From the NCBI GenBank assembly GCA_025839675.1, contig CP104013.1, forward strand, positions 660,001 through 692,000: a stretch of 32,000 nt of DNA. The letters run 5' to 3'. Origin of the DNA: Candidatus Lokiarchaeum ossiferum. Its GTDB lineage: Archaea; Asgardarchaeota; Lokiarchaeia; Sigyniarchaeales; Promethearchaeaceae. The position numbers were made by a program, and so were the translations under genes. How positions within the stretch are numbered: the first letter of the stretch is position 1; every line of letters begins with the position of its first letter. This document shows, piece after piece, positions 1-7,055 of the stretch. The notes below the pieces were generated by a model. That model worked only from the letters and a program-made list of their open reading frames with translations. It ran no database searches and had not been told where the DNA came from.

Positions 1-418
1 CCTCATCATAGTTTTTTAAAATATTAATATAGTCAAAATAACCGTGAGATTTCAAAATACTATCTACATTCTTATGAAATGGATTAAAAGTACCAACATC
101 GCCATTAAAATTGGTCACTTTCTCCAAAAATAAATCTAAAAACGTATCTCTGATTTGAATCAGGATTTTTCGGATTATTTTTTCAAATTCTTTATCCTTT
201 GTTAAAATAACAAAAATTAAATCCTTATATCGATCAAAGATGTAAGTGGTTAAATTTAAAGTAATTTCTTCAATAACTTCCCCGCTTTGCCCTTTGGCAA
301 ACATATTTAAGGCTGTGAGAAAACCAGAGATCAAATTTGCATCCGAATCATCATCATCACTTGTCCATGTGAAGTAACTAATTCCCGCATCATTCATAAC
401 CAAAATTCGATCAATCAT
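1..418 (-). CDS. Longin/Roadblock-like small regulatory-domain protein, N-terminal part only (gene runs off the window start)
   Basis: Not in the supplied track because there is no stop in the window. A reverse-strand ATG at 416-418 opens an uninterrupted frame to position 1. I translated it manually: MIDRILVMNDAGISYFTWTSDDDDSDANLISGFLTALNMFAKGQSGEVIEEITLNLTTYIFDRYKDLIFVILTKDKEFEKIIRKILIQIRDTFLDLF... The strand-strand-helix-strand-strand-strand-helix pattern resembles longin/roadblock folds. The fold call is by eye only. Confidence 0.5.
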   Translation of the reverse strand, partial: MIDRILVMNDAGISYFTWTSDDDDSDANLISGFLTALNMFAKGQSGEVIEEITLNLTTYIFDRYKDLIFVILTKDKEFEKIIRKILIQIRDTFLDLFLEKVTNFNGDVGTFNPFHKNVDSILKSHGYFDYINILKNYDE

Positions 419-575
419 TTCTCAATTTAAGTTGATTTACCAAGATAAAAAGTTTGTTGCTTTCAATTAATATGATTTGTTTGAGTTTCCATTATCAATT
501 TTAGCTTTTATAATATTAATCATAGTTTGCAATTTCAAATCAAGATCCAAGTGAAAAGATTTTTTACATGAATAA

Positions 576-1652
576 GTGAATATTATTGAAAGAAATACGG
601 ATTTGAAAAACATGGGTTTATGGGTAGAATTATTAATTGTTCAAACAATTATTGGGTATTGCTTTGTTATGGCAAACGATTTGATAGGACTTTATAATAT
701 TAGAGATTTAAACAATATGAAGGGTGATATCACATTGGTAAAGGCACACAAGAGAATAGGCTGGATTGAAACAACCTTTTTCTATTGTATAACGATCCAA
801 TGTCTAATAATGGTTTTTATGGCTTTAGGAGGATCAGGCACACCTCCTTTTTTATCTATTGGAAATACAAGTGGTATTCATTTTATGATAGGTGGTATAG
901 TAGGAACGATACTTTTTTCGTTTAAATTTATTATCGCACATTTTAAAAAGAATATCATCTATAAATATGGTCAGTTCATCGGACCAATAGGGTTTGTGGG
1001 ATGGAGTTTAGCACATTGGACAAGCATGGTAAATTATTTCTTTTTTTATTCTGGAGAAACCATTTTTTTACCAAAGACTGCTTTTTCCTTCATAATTGCA
1101 GCCTTGATCTCATTTTCGATTGGAACAGCAATATTTTTAGGTGTTCTTGCTAGAAGAGGAGGAAGCACTACAAACAGTCGGTGGTCCGTCCATCAAATTG
1201 CATTCATTCTACATGGAATTACTTTTGGTTATGAAGGTGCGGCTAAAGATTTGTTAGGAACCCCAGCTTTATATAAATACGTCATACCGAAGACATATGG
1301 CTTTTTAGAGAAGATGTTGAAGGATGTTTTAGGTTTTGACCTGAAAGAATTAGAAGAGATGAATTTGAATAAAGCTTTAGAAGCTTTTACAAAAAAATCC
1401 GCCGAAATTGGTATGGCAGAAAAATTGAAGATTAAATGGGAATCCGATCATGTTTTTACCATCGAATCAGTAAATTGTTCCACCGCAAAGGTTCGAAGTG
1501 TTATGAAACCCGAGGAATTAACCAATGCAATCTGTCCATGGGCAATAATGGCTGCTGCGATAGTCAATAAAAGCACAGGAAAAGATCTTGAAATCGCTGC
1601 ATCAGAATTTAATGAAATCGGATCTTTAACTAAAGTTACTCTAAAAGAATAG
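576..1652 (+). CDS. Polytopic His-rich membrane protein with C-terminal V4R-like soluble domain
   Basis: Track ORF of 358 aa (GTG at 576; first in-frame ATG at 612). The N-terminal ~200 aa has about 6 hydrophobic helices carrying His residues (KAHKRIGW, GIHFMIGG, IIAHF, LAHWT, SVHQIAFILHG). The C-terminal ~130 aa is soluble. Its ICPWAIMAAAIVNKSTGKDLEI segment resembles the C-terminal half of V4R-type ligand-binding domains. The ORF ends in TAG. Confidence 0.6.
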   Translation: MNIIERNTDLKNMGLWVELLIVQTIIGYCFVMANDLIGLYNIRDLNNMKGDITLVKAHKRIGWIETTFFYCITIQCLIMVFMALGGSGTPPFLSIGNTSGIHFMIGGIVGTILFSFKFIIAHFKKNIIYKYGQFIGPIGFVGWSLAHWTSMVNYFFFYSGETIFLPKTAFSFIIAALISFSIGTAIFLGVLARRGGSTTNSRWSVHQIAFILHGITFGYEGAAKDLLGTPALYKYVIPKTYGFLEKMLKDVLGFDLKELEEMNLNKALEAFTKKSAEIGMAEKLKIKWESDHVFTIESVNCSTAKVRSVMKPEELTNAICPWAIMAAAIVNKSTGKDLEIAASEFNEIGSLTKVTLKE

Positions 1653-1818
1653 GAATCCAGTACAGTTTTTTTTTTGAAATCAATTCTTATCATACAAGAG
1701 ATGCCATTTGAAGATTTGATTAAATTAAGAGAATATTGAAATCATTTGCTACCAAGGTTAAATGTTCCAAATGAGTAATAGATCTTTGAGAATATCTTAT
1801 TAAGGGGAATATAAATGA

Positions 1819-2064
1819 ATGCAAAAATCTCGTCATCGTCGAATCCAGCAAAAATTTATAGAAGATCGAACCCATATTGACCATCTATTGAAATATGGGT
1901 GGACTTTGCTCGATAATACAAGTCAAATGACCCAACACTTTATGGAATTATTACGAGAATCAATTCTCCAACAACATCCAGAGTGGAATGAAGATCAAAT
2001 AATTCGTGAAATGAGAAAACGCACTTTGAATCAAAAAAAACATTCTAAAAGTGGAAACATTTAG
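1819..2064 (+). CDS. Hypothetical small basic protein (81 aa)
   Basis: Track ORF with AAGGGG about 10 nt upstream of the ATG. No family recognised. Basic and helical-looking (HPEWNEDQIIREMRKRTL). Ends in TAG. Confidence 0.35.
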   Translation: MQKSRHRRIQQKFIEDRTHIDHLLKYGWTLLDNTSQMTQHFMELLRESILQQHPEWNEDQIIREMRKRTLNQKKHSKSGNI

Positions 2065-2079
2065 GTTTGTACCTCAGAA

Positions 2080-2238
2080 ATGGCAGAAATGAGGGATATT
2101 TTCCAAAAATTAATCGCAACTTTTGATAAAAGTGATTTTTCATATGTAATTGTTGGGGGATTTGCTGCAAAAAAAGTCTCTGAGAAAGGTCTTGCCGATA
2201 CTTTGACTCGTTTATTGAACGTAGCGAATAATATTTGA
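2080..2238 (+). pseudogene. Possible truncated nucleotidyltransferase-fold gene remnant
   Basis: A 52-codon ORF that I translated manually: MAEMRDIFQKLIATFDKSDFSYVIVGGFAAKKVSEKG... The F-x2-L-x7-YVIVGGFAA start resembles the N-terminus of archaeal DUF2204/AbiEii-type nucleotidyltransferases. The expected catalytic hG..R.T.D.D segment is absent and the ORF stops early. Confidence 0.25.
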
Positions 2239-2561
2239 AATTAAAATATTTAATTCTCTTTAATAGGTTAAATCTTTTATATTTAAATTCTAAATTTAGA
2301 TATTACGAGAGATTTTATTATTAAAAAAATATGTTGAATAACTTTGGAATTTGATAAGAAGAAATTTTGAACATTGTAAAGTTAAATTTTTTTAATCGAT
2401 TTTCTTTGCTTTAGAGAAATTTCTATTGACATCGTACCTAATTTTTAACATAATTAGGAATTTAGTCAGATTTGGATAGAAAATGATACAGAATTAAAAG
2501 TCAAAATGACGGAAAGGCTATTTTCCAACAATCACTTTCTAAAAAAGATATTTTCATATGA

Positions 2562-2656
2562 CGCAACTAAAGTTAACATTTAAATACTCATATTACCTTA
2601 TTTAGTTCAGAGGCCAATAACCCGCAACTAAAATTAACATCTATCACATTTTAGTC
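2562..2656. promoter_or_regulatory. Candidate operator array: heptamer AACTAAA / TTTAGTY in alternating orientation, including two 18-bp direct repeats
   Basis: CGCAACTAAAGTTAACAT (2562-2579) and CGCAACTAAAATTAACAT (2623-2640) match at 17 of 18 positions. AACTAAA lies at 2565-2571 and 2626-2632. Its complement TTTAGTT is at 2601-2607, and TTTAGTC is at 2650-2656. The array sits 80-170 bp upstream of the ATG at 2735. Confidence 0.35.
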
Positions 2657-2734
2657 ATTGATATTCAAGTGATGATTCTATGGTTAATTTCAGTTAGGAC
2701 AATTGCTCTAAAAAAAAAAAGTGAAAAAAAAAAA

Positions 2735-3580
2735 ATGGAACACTCAAACTCTGAAGAAGAAGATCTTCAAGGAATTGATAAAGCTTACGTTAATCGTGCG
2801 ATGATTGGAAGTTTAATTGCTACTGTGTTAGTAAGTATTGGAATCTATTTGTTAGGATGGTTTATAGTCTGGGTAAGCTCAGATGAACCAAATCCAGTGG
2901 ATCAATCTAAAATGTGGCCGATCATATATCTCTCAATGGCAATATTTTTTGTAGTTGTGAATTGTTTGGTATATCTTGTTTCAAATTTATATGTGAACCA
3001 CTTTTCCTATTCGATATCAGATAAGTTCATTAAAATTCGTTATGGAGTATTCACACGAACAAAAACAACCATCCCATTTTCTCGAATTCAAAATGTAGCA
3101 GTTTTTCAAAATATTCGGGATCGCATCTTAAATATCTATACTGTCAAAATAGAAACAGCAGGAGCAAGTATTGCGGGATCTGGAGCACAAGGGGGTACAG
3201 TCCATCCTGAAGGATATATTCCAGCAGTTCGAAATCCTGAACACCTAGAATCACTTATTAACAAATTGGTTCACCAATATACTCAAGATATTTCGGGAAA
3301 TGTAAAAGAAAATGTGTTTACAGATAATAATGTGGCATTTGATGAATTTATTGCATATTTCTTATCTAAAATGCGAGAAAAAAATCAAATTCGAACAAAT
3401 GTTGAACAGCTAAGAACGCAAAGTGGAATGACCCAAGAAAAATTAGCAGAAATGGCAGGAGTGGCGGAAACAACTATCAAATATTTGGAAGATGGAGAAT
3501 ATGTGCCTTCACTGACTTTAGCTCTACGAATTGCACAAATATTCAAAGTATCAATAGAACAGATATTTCAACTCAACTAA
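2735..3580 (+). CDS. Membrane-tethered regulator: two TM helices + bPH_2 (YdbS/YdbT-type bacterial PH) domain fused to a C-terminal XRE-family HTH
   Basis: The track ORF starts at GTG 2669; I prefer ATG 2735 (MEHSNSEEED...). Two TM helices (AMIGSLIATVLVSIGIYLLGWFIVWV; WPIIYLSMAIFFVVVNCLVYLV) are followed by FSYSISDKFIKIRYGVFTRTKTTIPFSRIQNVAVFQNIRDRILNIYTVKIETAG, typical of PF03703-type bPH domains. The C-terminus LRTQSGMTQEKLAEMAGVAETTIKYLEDGEYVPSLTLALRIAQIFKVSIEQIF is a classic HTH_3/XRE. Confidence 0.8.
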   Translation: MEHSNSEEEDLQGIDKAYVNRAMIGSLIATVLVSIGIYLLGWFIVWVSSDEPNPVDQSKMWPIIYLSMAIFFVVVNCLVYLVSNLYVNHFSYSISDKFIKIRYGVFTRTKTTIPFSRIQNVAVFQNIRDRILNIYTVKIETAGASIAGSGAQGGTVHPEGYIPAVRNPEHLESLINKLVHQYTQDISGNVKENVFTDNNVAFDEFIAYFLSKMREKNQIRTNVEQLRTQSGMTQEKLAEMAGVAETTIKYLEDGEYVPSLTLALRIAQIFKVSIEQIFQLN

Positions 3581-3689
3581 TTTCTTTTTTCCTCCAATGT
3601 AATTCTGACTTAACACATTTGATAAAATAGTTCACAAGAAAGAAAATTGGATAACTAGCGATACCGAGAAGAATAGCGGAAGGTCAAGA

Positions 3690-3893
3690 ATGAAAAATCA
3701 AGTAAAAGAATTACGCATGGAAAAGAACATCACACAACAGGAATTAGCAACAGCAGTCAATGTTTCAAGACAGACCATATCATATATAGAAAACGGCGAA
3801 AAAAGTCCCAATATCATTGTAGCTTTGAAAATTGCTGAATATTTCAGAATGCAAGTTGATGAAATATTTGAATTAGAATCATCTGATAGATAG
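3690..3893 (+). CDS. Small XRE-family HTH transcriptional regulator (67 aa)
   Basis: VKELRMEKNITQQELATAVNVSRQTISYIENGEKSPNIIVALKIAEYFRMQVDEIFEL is a canonical HTH_3. GGAAGGT lies about 8 nt upstream of the ATG. It is roughly 45% identical by eye to the HTH of the preceding fusion protein. Ends in TAG. Confidence 0.9.
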   Translation: MKNQVKELRMEKNITQQELATAVNVSRQTISYIENGEKSPNIIVALKIAEYFRMQVDEIFELESSDR

Positions 3894-3964
3894 GAAAGAA
3901 TCTACAAATTGACCTTATGGACCCATAAGTACCCATCATTAAACATAGGAATTTATTTATTTTT

Positions 3965-3980
3965 TTATTAGTGCTAATAA
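3965..3980. promoter_or_regulatory. Perfect 7-bp inverted repeat TTATTAG-TG-CTAATAA upstream of the hydrolase gene (candidate operator)
   Basis: Read directly from the sequence. It lies about 73-88 bp upstream of ATG 4053 and directly downstream of the two XRE genes. Confidence 0.3.
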
Positions 3981-4052
3981 ATTTATTGAAAAGGTATAAG
4001 CCGAACCAATTATAAGGGTTTGGTTTATCGCCTACTCACTCAGGTTTTAACA

Positions 4053-6128
4053 ATGAAACAGAAATATCAATATCTTACAATAGTATTCATCACAATGTTC
4101 TTATTCGGAATAACGTTCAATCACAGTTCTGAGGATAAAACAATATCTTCTGAACATTCAGATTATATCCCGAATTCTGCCGCGGCTCACCCACCCCGAG
4201 ATATCAATAACATTTCCCAAATTGAAGAATTTTTAGATGAATTCATCCCAAACCAATTGGAAGAATCAAATATTGCGGGTGTCACCATTTCAATGGTTCA
4301 TAATGATAGTATTTCCTTAGTAAAAGGTTATGGGTATAGCGATATCAGCAAGGGTAAAAATGTTCAAGCAAATTCAACAATATTTAGAGTTGGATCGATC
4401 TCTAAATTATTCATTTGGACAGCAATTATGCAACTTTATGAGGAAGGAAAAGTGGATCTAAATACGGATATAAATAATTATCTCACTGCTTTTCAAATTC
4501 CGGATACTTTTGATGAACCCATAACATTAACACACTTAATGACGCATACAGCGGGATTTGAAGAAACACTCGCAAGAATTATTGATCCCGCGGATGTTTT
4601 TCCAGTTAGAGAACAATTCCTTCGTGAAAATTTACCTCCTCGATATTTTGAACCGGGAACAGTTCCATCATACTCAAATTTGGGATCTGAGCTAGCAGCA
4701 TTGATTGTTGAAGAAGTAGCCCAAACACCTTTTGAGGAATATGTTAAAAAAAATATTTTTCAAAAATTGAATATGTCGCGTAGCACCTTTCTTCAGCCAC
4801 TTCCAGTTAATGTATCTTCCTCAATGTCAAATGGATACTATTTTGAAAATGAACAGTTACAAGAAGGATTCTTTGAATATTTGAGCGTAGCGGCGGCTGG
4901 AGGGATGAGTTCGACCGCTGAAGATATGGCTCACTTTCTAATTGCTCAATTAAATAATGGAACCTATGGATCAAGTCAAATTTTAGCCCCAGAAACACTA
5001 TCCTTAATGCATACACCTCAATTTCAACCACATCCCGAATTTCCTACAATTCGATATGGTTTCTATGATCTTGATTTATTAGGACAAACATCGTTTGGGC
5101 ATGGTGGAGATACGTATTTTTTCCACAGCCAATTATCAATTTTTCCAGAATATAACTTTGGAATGTTTATTTCATACAATTCTCAGAACTCTACTGGACA
5201 AACTATAGCATTTCAAGCCAATTTTATGAAAGAGTTCATGGAAACTACCACAACATATTCTACAAATTTGACCCCTGTTGATAATTACCAAAAAAGAGTA
5301 ACACGATTTACAGGATACTATGAAACAACTCGAGTGCCTTATTCAACCCCAGATAAACTTTACTACAATTATTATGCTGATAGTGCCTTCAAACTCACAT
5401 CTAATGATGAAGGTCAGTTGGAAGGTTTTGGATTAACATTTTTAGAAGTTGAGGAAAATGTATTTCAAGATACACGAGGACTTGGAGTAAAACTTCTCTT
5501 TGTTGAAGATGCTACTGGAAATATCCGCTATATGTATACAAATGATGCAGTAGTTTCTGCTTCGATGAAATTTCAATGGTTTGAATATTCTTCCTTCCAA
5601 ATGTTCTTAGTAATAATTATTCCAGTTATCTTTGGTCTCAGTATAATATTTTGGATTGGAGAGGGTATTTGGAAACATGTTAAGAAAAAGAAACACCCAG
5701 TTATTGAACCCCAACAAACGACTAGAACCAACGATATATCCATTTCAAATGTATTCAAAGAAAAACCAAAATCAAAATGGGTGATAAATTGGCCCCGTAT
5801 TATTGTGTTAGCTCAGGTGTTATTGAGTGTTGTGTTTGTTGTCTTGGTAAGAATATTTCATGTGCTCCGTCTTTCATATATACTCCCCTATGATGATTTT
5901 TTTGATAGGATTCTGATTATCCCGTATTTCATTTTTCTCTTTATTGCGGCAACGGGGATTAATGCGATTTTGGAATGGTTTGGAAAGAATTTTCAACGAC
6001 CTTCAGATCAACCCTTGAAAGCTTGGGAGAAAGTGCATTTCAGTTTAGTGGCAGCTACCGGTTTATTATGGTTGTGGGTGCTCAGCTATTGGAACCTTTT
6101 AGGATTTAACTCAGGCGGAGTAATGTAA
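4053..6128 (+). CDS. Membrane-anchored serine hydrolase of the beta-lactamase / PBP (class C-like) fold with a C-terminal multi-TM domain
   Basis: The track ORF starts at TTG 4020; ATG 4053 (MKQKYQYLTIVFITMFLFG, signal/anchor) is more likely. S-x-x-K motif in VGSISKLF, Y-x-N motif in SYSNLG, HGG in FGHGGDT. The C-terminal ~180 aa contains about 5 hydrophobic helices. Confidence 0.85.
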   Translation: MKQKYQYLTIVFITMFLFGITFNHSSEDKTISSEHSDYIPNSAAAHPPRDINNISQIEEFLDEFIPNQLEESNIAGVTISMVHNDSISLVKGYGYSDISKGKNVQANSTIFRVGSISKLFIWTAIMQLYEEGKVDLNTDINNYLTAFQIPDTFDEPITLTHLMTHTAGFEETLARIIDPADVFPVREQFLRENLPPRYFEPGTVPSYSNLGSELAALIVEEVAQTPFEEYVKKNIFQKLNMSRSTFLQPLPVNVSSSMSNGYYFENEQLQEGFFEYLSVAAAGGMSSTAEDMAHFLIAQLNNGTYGSSQILAPETLSLMHTPQFQPHPEFPTIRYGFYDLDLLGQTSFGHGGDTYFFHSQLSIFPEYNFGMFISYNSQNSTGQTIAFQANFMKEFMETTTTYSTNLTPVDNYQKRVTRFTGYYETTRVPYSTPDKLYYNYYADSAFKLTSNDEGQLEGFGLTFLEVEENVFQDTRGLGVKLLFVEDATGNIRYMYTNDAVVSASMKFQWFEYSSFQMFLVIIIPVIFGLSIIFWIGEGIWKHVKKKKHPVIEPQQTTRTNDISISNVFKEKPKSKWVINWPRIIVLAQVLLSVVFVVLVRIFHVLRLSYILPYDDFFDRILIIPYFIFLFIAATGINAILEWFGKNFQRPSDQPLKAWEKVHFSLVAATGLLWLWVLSYWNLLGFNSGGVM

Positions 6129-6244
6129 AACTCATCAATTTTAATCACATTTTTTTCTCAATCTCTTTTCTTTTTTATTCCACCTTTTTTGTGATGGAAC
6201 TATCCCCCCCACTCAACTTAGGATTAACGACCAGGTAAAAAAAA

Positions 6245-7042
6245 ATGAATCTTATGAACGATATTATGTTAAAAGCCGAGAATATTTCCAAATCATTTGA
6301 AAATGTTCATGCTGTTAATGATCTCTCTTTTGAAATTAAGAAGGGAGAAATCTACGGATTATTGGGCCCCAATGGGGCTGGAAAAACTACGACAATTAAA
6401 ATGATTTTAGGTCTTTTAGAACCAGATCAAGGTGAGATTTCAGTGTTAGGTCTTCATCCGGAACGTGATGAAATTGAACTGAAAAATCGAATCGGTTATG
6501 TCTCAGAAGAGCCATTGATCTACAAATCCTTAACTCCCAAAGAATTATTTAACTTCATTGCTTCAATACGAAAATTAGATGGTGAGAAGGTAACAAAAAA
6601 GTTGGCAGAATACTTAGAAGGATTAAATGCTGTTGAATATTATGAACGGTTGATTTCAACCTTATCGAGGGGAAACAAACAAAAAATCCAAATTATTGCA
6701 GCAATATTGCATGATCCACAATTACTAATATTAGATGAACCTTTAGCAGGGTTGGACGCCAAATCGGTCAAGGTGGTGAAAGAAATTTTGGAATTGCACA
6801 CTCAACGGGGGGGTTCAGTCCTATTTTCAACCCACATTATGGAGGTTGCTGAAGATCTCTGCGATGTTATTGGAATAGTCAATCAAGGAAAATTAGTTGC
6901 TGTTGGAACTGTTGATGAATTACGCGAACGCGCCAACACACTTGGTGAAGATATGGACTTGGAAGATATATTCTTGAAACTTACTGATCAAGATGAATCA
7001 GTCAATCTGATTATAGAAAAGTTACGAGCATCAATCAATTAA
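6245..7042 (+). CDS. ABC transporter ATP-binding protein
   Basis: Walker A GPNGAGKTT, signature LSRGNKQK, Walker B LLILDEP, H-loop region STHIM. Confidence 0.93.
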   Translation: MNLMNDIMLKAENISKSFENVHAVNDLSFEIKKGEIYGLLGPNGAGKTTTIKMILGLLEPDQGEISVLGLHPERDEIELKNRIGYVSEEPLIYKSLTPKELFNFIASIRKLDGEKVTKKLAEYLEGLNAVEYYERLISTLSRGNKQKIQIIAAILHDPQLLILDEPLAGLDAKSVKVVKEILELHTQRGGSVLFSTHIMEVAEDLCDVIGIVNQGKLVAVGTVDELRERANTLGEDMDLEDIFLKLTDQDESVNLIIEKLRASIN

Positions 7043-7055
7043 GGAGACAAACACA

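Noticed and set aside
1650-1740. Read-through extension of the TM-V4R-like gene past its TAG stop, which would add 29 codons up to TGA at about 1738-1740.
   Set aside because: The extension (ESSTVFFLKSILIIQEMPFEDLIKLREY) has no recognisable feature and passes through a T9 run typical of a terminator. There is no evidence for read-through.
2669-2734. The N-terminal extension of the bPH-XRE gene from GTG 2669, which encodes KKKSEKKK from the A10-GTG-A12 tracts.
   Set aside because: The extension is poly-Lys from homopolymer A runs and precedes a good ATG (2735) followed by an acidic cytoplasmic N-terminus. It is more plausibly 5' UTR. Slippage-based phase variation at the A tracts is conceivable, but nothing in the window supports it.
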